64,000 nucleotides of DNA from positions 77 through 64,076 of the forward strand of contig JBBRDJ010000004.1 in the NCBI GenBank assembly GCA_038203945.1, given 5' to 3'. The position numbers and the translations under genes are program-made. The notes under the pieces were generated by a model. That model did not search any database, was not told the origin of the DNA, and worked only from the letters and a program-made list of their open reading frames with translations. The stretch is from Gemmatimonadales bacterium (GTDB lineage Bacteria > Gemmatimonadota > Gemmatimonadetes > Gemmatimonadales > Gemmatimonadaceae). Below are positions 51,777 to 60,409 of this stretch, piece by piece (within the stretch, counting starts at the first letter, position 1; each line of letters begins with the position of its first letter).

Positions 51777-54068
51777 GTGCCTTCCTTCCTGGAATCTTTC
51801 CTCACCTTCCTGTTCAAGTACTCGCCCCGCGTTTTCGAACGCGGTGAGCTGGTGCTGACCCCTGTGCTGCCGCCGCTTTTTCTGGGCGCGATGGCGCTGG
51901 GTGCAGTGGCGCTCGTGGTAGTGCTCTACGGGCGGCTGCAGTCCGTGCGCCCGCTCGACCGCACGGTCCTCGGCGCACTGCGCGCCGTGGCGCTGCTGCT
52001 CTTGATCGCCTGCCTGCTGCGGCCGGCATTGGTGATTGCGTCGGCGGTCCCGCAACGCAATGTATTGGCGATTTTACTCGACGACTCGCGCAGTCAGCGC
52101 ATTGCCGACGAAAACGGTGGCACGCGACTGTCTGCCGTGCAACGCATCTTTGCCGACTCCAGTGAACTGGTGCGCGCCCTCGCCGACCGGTTTGCGCTGC
52201 GTTTTGTGCGCTTTTCGGCCGACACGCGCGGCGTACCCGGCAGCGCAGCACTCGACGCGAGTGGTACGCGCACCGACTTGGCATACGCACTCAACACGAC
52301 ACGCGAAGAGCTCACCGGTGTGCCGCTCGCTGGCGTGGTGATAGTAACCGACGGTGCAGATAACAGCGGTGGTGACATTGACGACGCGTTGCTTGGCTTG
52401 CGCGCACGCAAGGTGCCGGTGTATACCGTGGGTGTGGGACAGGAACGCTTTGACCGCGACGTGGCCGTAGAACGTGTGTCGGCCGCGACGTCGGTGTTGA
52501 CCGGCGGCACGGTGCTCGTTGATGCATCGGTACGGTTGCGCGGTACCGGCAACGATCCGGTCACGGTTACCGCCGAAGCTGACGGACGCATTGTGGCTAC
52601 CGAAACCGTGCGCGCGCCATCGAGTGGTGATGTGGTGTCGGTGCGGTTGCGTGTGCCGCCGTTGCCGCCCGGCACGTATCGGCTATCGGTACGTGCATCA
52701 GCATTACCGGACGAGTTGGTGCCGGAGAACAACGTCGCGCATACGGTGCTCAATGTGCGACCGGGCCCCGATCGTGTGTTGTACATGGAAGGCGAGCCAC
52801 GTCCTGAGTTTGCGTTTTTGCGCCGTGCGATTGCCTCCGACAGCGGTGTGCAACTTGTGGGCTTGTTGCGCAGCGCGGAAGGCAAGTTTTTGCGATTGGG
52901 CGTGCGCGACAGCCTGGAGCTGCTCACCGGGTTTCCCACCACGCGCGAAGAACTGTTTGGTTATCGCGCCGTGATCATTGGCAGCGTGGAAGCGTCGTTT
53001 TTTACCGGCGACCAACTGCGCATGCTGGCCGACTTTGTGAATGTGCGCGGCGGCGGCTTGCTGGCATTGGGTGGACGCAGCGCGCTCACCGAAGGCGGGT
53101 TTCGCGGCACACCGTTTGCCGACGTGTTGCCGATTGCGCTTGATCGTGCACCGCGCGATACGGCCGGACCTCCGGTGTCGTTCACCGTGCGCGCGACCAC
53201 CGCCGGACTCTCACACGCCGCACTGCAAATCGCAAATACCGAAGCCGCGTCGGCTGAAAAGTGGGGCACGCTGCCACCACTCACATCGGTAAATGCGCTT
53301 GGTGCGCTGCGTCCCGGTGCGACGGCGCTGCTGACCGGGCGTTCGGAGGCGAGCACGAATGATCAGCCGCTGTTGGCATATCATCGCTATGGTCGCGGAA
53401 TCGGCGCCGTGTTTGGAGTGCAGGATTCGTGGTTGTGGCGCATGCACTCCAGCATGGCCGTGGAAGATCAAACGCATATCACGTTGTGGCGTCAGTTGCT
53501 GCGCTGGCTGGTGGACGCATCGCCGAATCGCATCACCGTTGCCGCGGCACCGGACCGCATGGGCAGCGGCGAACCAGTGACGCTGCGCGCGCAGGTGGCC
53601 GACGAGAACTTTCTCGATGTCAACGATGGCGATGTGACCACCACGGTGCTTTCACCGGCCGGCGTGGCCACCGATGTACCACTGGAGTGGTCGGTGCGCG
53701 CCGATGGTGTGTACACGGGACGATTCGTGCCCGCGGAAACCGGCGTGCACACGATGGCCACGCAGGTTGTGCGCGGACAGGATACCACGCGAACGAGCGC
53801 GGGCACATTCCTGGTTGACGACGCCGATGCCGACGTCACCCAGGCGGAACAGCGCGCACCGCTGTTGCGCCGCATCGCGCAGGAAACGGGCGGACGCTAC
53901 GTGCCACTGGCCGATGCCGCGCGACTGGTGGATGATGTGCAGTATACTGAAGCAGGTGTTGTAGTTCGCGAGTCGCGGGACCTCTGGGACATGCCCGTGG
54001 TATTTCTCCTGTTGGCGCTGTGCCTGGGCGCAGAGTGGATGTGGCGACGCTGGAGGGGATTGGCATGA
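51777..54068 (+). CDS. Membrane protein with N-terminal TM pair, vWA domain and C-terminal class-I glutamine-amidotransferase-like (DUF1355-like) domain
   Basis: TM pair, then a vWA/MIDAS-like region (ILLDDSRSQ..GTRTDLAYAL..VIVTDGADN). Later come VLYMEGEPRPEFAFLRRA..AVIIGSVEA..GGGLLALGG and a C-terminal TM. GTG start. Confidence 0.75.
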   Translation: MPSFLESFLTFLFKYSPRVFERGELVLTPVLPPLFLGAMALGAVALVVVLYGRLQSVRPLDRTVLGALRAVALLLLIACLLRPALVIASAVPQRNVLAILLDDSRSQRIADENGGTRLSAVQRIFADSSELVRALADRFALRFVRFSADTRGVPGSAALDASGTRTDLAYALNTTREELTGVPLAGVVIVTDGADNSGGDIDDALLGLRARKVPVYTVGVGQERFDRDVAVERVSAATSVLTGGTVLVDASVRLRGTGNDPVTVTAEADGRIVATETVRAPSSGDVVSVRLRVPPLPPGTYRLSVRASALPDELVPENNVAHTVLNVRPGPDRVLYMEGEPRPEFAFLRRAIASDSGVQLVGLLRSAEGKFLRLGVRDSLELLTGFPTTREELFGYRAVIIGSVEASFFTGDQLRMLADFVNVRGGGLLALGGRSALTEGGFRGTPFADVLPIALDRAPRDTAGPPVSFTVRATTAGLSHAALQIANTEAASAEKWGTLPPLTSVNALGALRPGATALLTGRSEASTNDQPLLAYHRYGRGIGAVFGVQDSWLWRMHSSMAVEDQTHITLWRQLLRWLVDASPNRITVAAAPDRMGSGEPVTLRAQVADENFLDVNDGDVTTTVLSPAGVATDVPLEWSVRADGVYTGRFVPAETGVHTMATQVVRGQDTTRTSAGTFLVDDADADVTQAEQRAPLLRRIAQETGGRYVPLADAARLVDDVQYTEAGVVVRESRDLWDMPVVFLLLALCLGAEWMWRRWRGLA

Positions 54069-55084
54069 CAGAACACACGCGCAATCGAGTACGGGCGGCG
54101 AGCTGGTTTGTGGCCCAATTGTGCGACCCGATGCGGTCGCGCTTGCAGGCGATCGCTGGCGTATTGACGGTCGCAGGCACGCTCGCTCTACCATCGGCGA
54201 ATGCATTACACGCGCAGCAGACACACGCGCTGATCATCACCGGACTGGGCGGCGAAGCGGCGTACCGTGATGCGTTCTTTGGCACAGCGGTGCTCATGCA
54301 CGATGTGGCGCGCGATAAATGGAATGTGGCCAAACCGAGCCTTATCGTGCTTACCGAAAACCCGGCGCGCGACAGCAGGCGTATTACGGGTAAATCCACC
54401 AAACAGGATGTGTCCAACGCATTCCTGGCGCTGTCGCGACGAGTGAAGGCGGGTGATGTGTTGTTCGTGTTCTTGCATGGACACGGCAGCGGCAGCGGCG
54501 GTGAATCGGCGGTAAACCTGACGGGTCCCGATCCAACCGCTGCCGATTACGCCACCTGGCTGTCCGGTTTCACGCAGCAAACGGTGGTCTTTGTAAACGC
54601 CGCCAGCGCGAGTGGCGATTTCAATCGCATTCTGGCTGGTGCGCGCCGAGTGGTGCTCACGTCCACCAAGAGCAGTGTGGAGCGAAACGACACGCGCTTT
54701 GCCACATACTTCGTGGGTGGTCTGAGTTCGGGCGAAGCCGACGCTGACAAGGACGGTAAGGTGTCAGTGCTGGAAGCGTTTTCCTTTGCCGAACGCGAAG
54801 TGGCGCGCGAGTACGACGCCGACAAGCGCATGCTCACGGAGCACGCGGTGCTGAGTGATTCAACACTGGCGGCGACGATTGCCTTTGGTAGCGCTGCCGT
54901 ATCCACCAATCCGCGTGTAGCCGCCCTGGTCGCGGAACGTCAGGCATTGGAGTCGCAGGTGGCGGCGTTGCGCACGCGCAAGGATACGATGACCGCTGCG
55001 GACTACGAGAATGAACTCGAGCGGTTGCTCGTTGCGATAGCCGAAAAAACGCAGGCCATTCGCGTAGCTGAGGGCACCCCGTGA
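54065..55084 (+). CDS. Secreted caspase/legumain-fold (peptidase C13/C14-like) protein lacking the catalytic Cys, with C-terminal coiled coil
   Basis: HALIITGLGG.., VLFVFLHGHGSG (His-Gly retained), and VVFVNAASASGDF where DAC-x-SG is expected. Start trimmed to the ATG at 54065 (ATGA overlap). Confidence 0.65.
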   Translation: MTEHTRNRVRAASWFVAQLCDPMRSRLQAIAGVLTVAGTLALPSANALHAQQTHALIITGLGGEAAYRDAFFGTAVLMHDVARDKWNVAKPSLIVLTENPARDSRRITGKSTKQDVSNAFLALSRRVKAGDVLFVFLHGHGSGSGGESAVNLTGPDPTAADYATWLSGFTQQTVVFVNAASASGDFNRILAGARRVVLTSTKSSVERNDTRFATYFVGGLSSGEADADKDGKVSVLEAFSFAEREVAREYDADKRMLTEHAVLSDSTLAATIAFGSAAVSTNPRVAALVAERQALESQVAALRTRKDTMTAADYENELERLLVAIAEKTQAIRVAEGTP

Positions 55085-57651
55085 TGTCGCGTTTACATGC
55101 TCCGGATCGTGTATCGCAAGCGGGTGCGAGGCGTACTGCGTGGCATCATCATGTGTTGCGACGCGTTGTGCGCGCGCTGTTGATCACGCCGGCGTGCGTG
55201 GTCTTGCTGGGCGCGTGGTGCACCGACGACTCCGATCGTCGTAGCATCATGGCACGGGCGGAGACGGGTCAGCTTGACGCCGCAGAGCGAGCTGCACGCA
55301 GCGGCGGCGCACCGATGCTCACCACACTCGGTGATGTGCTCACCATGCGCGGCCAGCTGGCTGCGGCCGACTCGGCGTACAGCCAGGCGCTGAGTGCGCG
55401 CGCTCCGCTCTATCGCGTGGCGGACGTGGGCCAAGCCGAGTTGCAGGCGCGACGCGGTGACTTGGACGAGGCTTTGACGCGTGCTGTTGACCTCACGCGT
55501 GACTACCAGTCAAACGGCAGTTCGTGGACAGCAGAAGAACATGTAGCTGCCGGCCGCGCCTACGTGCTGCTTGGTTTACGTGACGCGCGGTTGGCGCGAC
55601 AGGCACTGGGTGCCTTTGATGCCGCGTGGGCTGCCGACCCCACGTTGTATGAGTCACGCACACGCGCTGGCGAACTGTTGCTCGACAAGTACAACGCACC
55701 CGATGCGACCAGCTCCTTTGCTGACGTACTCAAGGCCGACGACGACAACGCACGCGCACTGCTGGGAATGGCACGTGTACAGGATTTTAGCGGCGACGGT
55801 AAAGCCATGGCCACCGTGCGGCAGAGCCTTGAAGCCAATCCGTCGCTCACCGCCGCGCACACGATGCTGGCGCGCTTGTATCTCGAAGCCGAAGCCTACG
55901 ACTCGGCCATGGTGGAGACTGACCGGGCACTGGCCATTGATTCCACCGACCTCGACACGTGGGCTACACGAGCGTCGGTCGCGTGGATTACCGGCGACAG
56001 CGCCACCTTCGAGCAGGCGCAGCGTTCGGCACGTGCGCTGCATCCGCGTCCGGCCGATTTCTACGCCATCATGGCTGCCTCAGCGGTGCGTCACCGTCGG
56101 TACGATGACGGCGTGCGTTGGGCGCAGCAGGCGGTGACGCTCGATTCGTTATCGGTACGAGCGCTCGGTGTACTGGGCACCAATCAGTTGCGCACGGGTG
56201 ACATGAAGACCGGTCGTGCCACACTGGAGCGGGCGTTTGCGATCGATCCGTTCAATTTGTGGCATAAGAACACGCTCGACCTGCTCGATCAGATGGACGG
56301 CTTCACGGTGGTGGATCGCGGGCGGTTTCAGCTCGTGGTCTCACCTGAAGACGCAACGTTGATGGAGCTGTACCTGCTGCCAATGCTTGAAGAAGCGTAC
56401 GACTCGTTGCAATCGCGGTATTTGTGGAAGCCGGATCGCCAGGTGCGGTTTGAAATTTTTCGCGAGCACGCGGATTTCTCGGTGCGCTCCGTCGGCTTGG
56501 CCGGATTGGGCGCGCTCGGTGTGAGCTTTGGCGATGTGCTGGCCATGGATGCACCGTCGGCGCGTGAAGCCGGCACATTCAACTGGGGCTCCACGGCGTG
56601 GCATGAACTGGCGCACACATTCACGCTGGGCAGCACGCGCAATCGCGTACCGCGTTGGGTGAGTGAGGGATTGTCGGTCCTCGAAGAGCGTCGTGCCCGC
56701 GATGGATGGGGCGCGCAGGCGAGCCTTGAGTTTCTGGCGGCCTACAAGGCTGACAAACTGCGACCGGTGAGTGCGCTGAACGACGGATTTGTGCGGCCGC
56801 GCTATCCCGCCGAGGTGCAGTTCAGTTATTACCTGGCGTCATTGGTGTGCGAGATGATCGAGGAGCAGTACGGTGCGGCCAGGTTTCCGCAGCTTATGAG
56901 CGCTTGGCGCGATGGACTGGAGTCACCGCAGGTGTTTGAGCGCGTGCTGGGCGTGACCGGCGATTCACTCGACGCGCAGTTCCGCGCATACATGGACGCA
57001 CGCTTTGGCCGCGCACTGGCATTCATCGAGCCCGGCGACGGACCGGGCGATGTGCGTGGGCCGTACGTGAACGCCATGCGTGAAGGGTTGGCGCACCTGG
57101 AAGGCAAGCGATCGCGTGAGGCCACGGCAGCGTTTGAGAAGGCGCTGGCCATGATGCCCGAGGTGAATACAGCCGGTGGTCCCGCGTGGCAACTGGCGCG
57201 TCTGGCGTTGGAGCGTGCAGACACGACAACGGCACTGACGCAGCTCGCGCGCGTGACGCGCTCCAGCGAAACAGCGCTGGCGGCTAACGCGCTCGAGGCT
57301 GACTTGCATGAGGCGCGGGGCAACGACAGCGTACTTGCACAAACGCTTGAACGTATGATCTGGATGGCGCCTTACGACATAAGCACGCACACCCGACTGG
57401 CCGACGCGGCCACGCGCGCCGGATTGCTTCAGATCGCCGTGCGTGAACGACGCGCCGTGCTGGCGATTGGTCCGTCCGATCCATTGGAGGCGCGTTACCA
57501 GCTGGCGCTTTCGCTGCTGGACGCCGGCGACGCGGTCGCAGCACGACGCGAAGTGCTGGGCATGCTGGAAACCGCACCGGGATTTGAGAAGGCGCAATCG
57601 TTGCTGCTTCAAGTACGGTCTTACAAAACTCCGCCGGAGGCACGCCAATGA
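55081..57651 (+). CDS. TPR-repeat protein with central MA-clan (Peptidase_MA_2-like) HExxH metallopeptidase domain
   Basis: AWHELAHTF...WVSEGLSVLEE (HExxH plus a downstream Glu), flanked by multiple TPR-like helical repeats. The start overlaps the previous stop (GTGATG). Confidence 0.75.
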   Translation: MMSRLHAPDRVSQAGARRTAWHHHVLRRVVRALLITPACVVLLGAWCTDDSDRRSIMARAETGQLDAAERAARSGGAPMLTTLGDVLTMRGQLAAADSAYSQALSARAPLYRVADVGQAELQARRGDLDEALTRAVDLTRDYQSNGSSWTAEEHVAAGRAYVLLGLRDARLARQALGAFDAAWAADPTLYESRTRAGELLLDKYNAPDATSSFADVLKADDDNARALLGMARVQDFSGDGKAMATVRQSLEANPSLTAAHTMLARLYLEAEAYDSAMVETDRALAIDSTDLDTWATRASVAWITGDSATFEQAQRSARALHPRPADFYAIMAASAVRHRRYDDGVRWAQQAVTLDSLSVRALGVLGTNQLRTGDMKTGRATLERAFAIDPFNLWHKNTLDLLDQMDGFTVVDRGRFQLVVSPEDATLMELYLLPMLEEAYDSLQSRYLWKPDRQVRFEIFREHADFSVRSVGLAGLGALGVSFGDVLAMDAPSAREAGTFNWGSTAWHELAHTFTLGSTRNRVPRWVSEGLSVLEERRARDGWGAQASLEFLAAYKADKLRPVSALNDGFVRPRYPAEVQFSYYLASLVCEMIEEQYGAARFPQLMSAWRDGLESPQVFERVLGVTGDSLDAQFRAYMDARFGRALAFIEPGDGPGDVRGPYVNAMREGLAHLEGKRSREATAAFEKALAMMPEVNTAGGPAWQLARLALERADTTTALTQLARVTRSSETALAANALEADLHEARGNDSVLAQTLERMIWMAPYDISTHTRLADAATRAGLLQIAVRERRAVLAIGPSDPLEARYQLALSLLDAGDAVAARREVLGMLETAPGFEKAQSLLLQVRSYKTPPEARQ

Positions 57652-58451
57652 TGATGCGACTACTCACGACCGCGACGCGTAGCAACACCGCTTCGCGTCG
57701 CGCGGTCACGTGGCTGCTCGCAGTGGGCCTGCTGCTAGGCGCCGGCACCTTTGCATTTGCGCAAGGGCGTGGTCGCTACGTGGAAGACTTTCCCAACGCC
57801 GAGTACGACGGACGCTATGTGTTTGCGCGCATCAGTTACAGCGAGCCCATGAATTTCAGCTTCCGCCGCGGCGGCGGTGCGCCGTGGAGCCACGACTATC
57901 CGCGCGCCGAACGCAACTTCCTCAAGCTGCTCAACGAACTCTCGTCGGTGAACGTGCGCACCGATGCCAGCACCATCATTGCGCTCGACAACCCCGAGCT
58001 GTTTCGGTTTCCGGTGATCTACATGGCGGAGCCCGGATACTGGGCGCCGTCGCCGAAAGAAGTCGAAACGCTGCGCGCGTACCTGCTCAAGGGCGGGTTC
58101 CTGATCTTTGACGATTTCGCCGGCCGCGACTGGTTCAATTTCGAGGGACAGGTACAAAAAGTTTTGCCAGGCGCGATTCCCATTCGCCTTGACGTGTCGC
58201 ATCCGATCTTTGATTCGTTCTATCGCGTGGCCAAGCTCGATCAGGTACATCCGTTGCAGCAAATCCCCGCTGAGTACTACGGGATCTTTGAAGACAACGA
58301 CCCCACCAAGCGCATGCTCATGATGGTGAATTACAACAATGACATCGCGGAATGGTGGGAGTTTTCGGACGAAGGTTTTTTCCCCATTGAGTTGTCCAAC
58401 GAAGCGTACAAGATCGGCATCAACTACATCATTTACGCCCTCAGCCGCTGA
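57648..58451 (+). CDS. DUF4159 domain protein
   Basis: ..WSHDYPRAERNFLKLLNE..FPVIYMAEPGYW..LRAYLLKGGFLIFDDF..HPIFDSFY.. matches my memory of DUF4159. ATGA overlap with the upstream stop. Confidence 0.75.
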   Translation: MMMRLLTTATRSNTASRRAVTWLLAVGLLLGAGTFAFAQGRGRYVEDFPNAEYDGRYVFARISYSEPMNFSFRRGGGAPWSHDYPRAERNFLKLLNELSSVNVRTDASTIIALDNPELFRFPVIYMAEPGYWAPSPKEVETLRAYLLKGGFLIFDDFAGRDWFNFEGQVQKVLPGAIPIRLDVSHPIFDSFYRVAKLDQVHPLQQIPAEYYGIFEDNDPTKRMLMMVNYNNDIAEWWEFSDEGFFPIELSNEAYKIGINYIIYALSR

Positions 58452-58466
58452 CCCCGAGGCCATCGC

Positions 58467-59507
58467 GTGACCGTAACGAACATCCCGCCCGATTCCGAAC
58501 TGCTGTCGCTCGACGACGCCGCTCTCGCCGACCGCTTGCATTCGGCGGGCACCCGTATCACCGATGAACTGCGCAAGGTCATCGTTGGGCAGGACGCCGT
58601 GGTGGAACAGGCGCTGATCGCCCTGTTTGCCGGAGGCAACTGTTTGCTGGTTGGTGTGCCGGGGCTGGCCAAAACACTGCTGGTGTCATCGCTTGCGCGC
58701 GCGCTCGATCTCAAGTTCAATCGCATTCAGTTCACCCCCGATCTCATGCCGTCTGACGTCACGGGCACTGACGTCATTCAGGACGATGCAAGCACCGGTC
58801 AGCGCAAACTGGCCTTCATGGCCGGCCCCGTCTTCACCAACGTGTTGCTGGCCGACGAAATCAATCGCACGCCACCCAAGACGCAGGCCGCGTTGCTCGA
58901 AGCGATGCAGGAAAAGCGCGTGACCGTGCAGGGACGCACCTACGAACTCGATCCACCGTTTTTTGTCTTCGCCACGCAGAACCCGATCGAACTCGAAGGC
59001 ACGTATCCGTTGCCTGAGGCGCAGCTCGACCGCTTCATGCTCGAAGTCATGCTCGATTACCTGCCGGAAGACGATGAAGTGAATGTGGTGCGCTCCACCA
59101 CATCCGTCTCGCCGAAGTCCATCACGCCGGTGGTGAGCAAAGCCGAGATTCTGGCCTTTCAGCAGGTCGTGCGTCGTGTGCCCGTGTCGGACATGGTCAC
59201 GCGCTGGGCCGTGCGTCTGGTTCGCATGTCGCGTCCGTCCGATGCGCACGCGCCGGATTTCGTGAAGCAGTGGGTGTCGTTCGGTGGCAGCGTGCGAGCG
59301 GCGCAGGCACTGGTACTCGGCGGCAAGGCACGCGCGCTGCTGCAGGGACGCACGCATGTGAGCCTGGACGATATTCGCGCATTGGCACGACCCGTGTTGC
59401 GCCATCGCATTCTCGCCAACTTCCAGGCGCAGTCGGAAAAAGTCACCACCGATCAGATCGTCGAGCAGCTCGTGCAGGCCAACCCTGTTCCGCGTTCCGA
59501 GCGCTGA
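58467..59507 (+). CDS. MoxR family AAA+ ATPase
   Basis: VIVGQDAVVEQALIALFAGGNCLLVGVPGLAKT (Walker A), VLLADEINR (Walker B), LLEAMQEKRVTV. 346 aa, GTG start. Confidence 0.93.
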   Translation: MTVTNIPPDSELLSLDDAALADRLHSAGTRITDELRKVIVGQDAVVEQALIALFAGGNCLLVGVPGLAKTLLVSSLARALDLKFNRIQFTPDLMPSDVTGTDVIQDDASTGQRKLAFMAGPVFTNVLLADEINRTPPKTQAALLEAMQEKRVTVQGRTYELDPPFFVFATQNPIELEGTYPLPEAQLDRFMLEVMLDYLPEDDEVNVVRSTTSVSPKSITPVVSKAEILAFQQVVRRVPVSDMVTRWAVRLVRMSRPSDAHAPDFVKQWVSFGGSVRAAQALVLGGKARALLQGRTHVSLDDIRALARPVLRHRILANFQAQSEKVTTDQIVEQLVQANPVPRSER

Positions 59508-59509
59508 TC

Positions 59510-60409
59510 ATGGCTATTGCCCCCACCGCCTTTCTGGATCCTGCGTTGCTGGCCCGCATCTCGGACTTCGAGTTGCTGGCCCGCACGGTGGTGGATGGCT
59601 TTTTGCACGGCGTGCACCGTTCAGTGCGCAAAGGCTCGTCACTCGACTTTGCGGAACATCGCGCCTATCAGCCCGGTGACGATCTGCGACGCGTGGACTG
59701 GCGCTTGTACGCACGCACCGACCGTTACTACGTGAAGCAATACGAGGCCGACACGAATGTTAACGTGTGGTTTGCGCTTGATACGTCAGCGAGCATGGAC
59801 TTCACCACCACCGCCGTCACCAAGTTCGACTACGCGCGGTTTCTCATCGCGGCGCTGGCCTGGTTGAGCAAGCAGCAGGGTGACAAGGTTGGCTTTGTGA
59901 CCATGGGTGCAGACATTGGTGAAGTGATCCCACCGTCCGCACGGCATTTGCAGCGCATTCTGCACACGCTCGCTCGCACCCGGCCAGCGGGACAGGGTCA
60001 GTTGCTGGCCACCCTCGAACGACTGGCTCACGTGACCACGCGCGCCGGTGTCGTGGTGGTGGTATCGGATTGTTATGAACCCGCCGACAAGCTCGGGCGC
60101 GCACTCGACACCATGCGCGCGCGCGGACACGATGTGATTGTCTTTCACCCAATCGACCCGGGTGAACGTGAGCTGTCGTTTGAGGCGCCACTCACCATAG
60201 AAGACGCCGAAAGCGGCGTGCGACTGCCACTGCGACCCGACGAACTGCGCACGCAGTATCGTGATGCGTTCGCCGCGCATCGGGCCGCGCTCACCAAGCG
60301 ATTGGCGGCCGCACGCGCAGACTACGTACCGCTCGATACCGACAAGCCACTCGATCGTGCCTTGCATGCGTACCTTGATATGCGCGCCATGCGCCATCCG
60401 GGGCGCTGA
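59510..60409 (+). CDS. DUF58 domain protein (vWA-like, MoxR partner)
   Basis: Trimmed to the ATG at 59510. GSSLDFAEHRAYQPGDDLRRVDWRLYARTDRYYVKQYE is the DUF58 hallmark, followed by a vWA-like fold (FALDTSASM). Confidence 0.9.
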   Translation: MAIAPTAFLDPALLARISDFELLARTVVDGFLHGVHRSVRKGSSLDFAEHRAYQPGDDLRRVDWRLYARTDRYYVKQYEADTNVNVWFALDTSASMDFTTTAVTKFDYARFLIAALAWLSKQQGDKVGFVTMGADIGEVIPPSARHLQRILHTLARTRPAGQGQLLATLERLAHVTTRAGVVVVVSDCYEPADKLGRALDTMRARGHDVIVFHPIDPGERELSFEAPLTIEDAESGVRLPLRPDELRTQYRDAFAAHRAALTKRLAAARADYVPLDTDKPLDRALHAYLDMRAMRHPGR

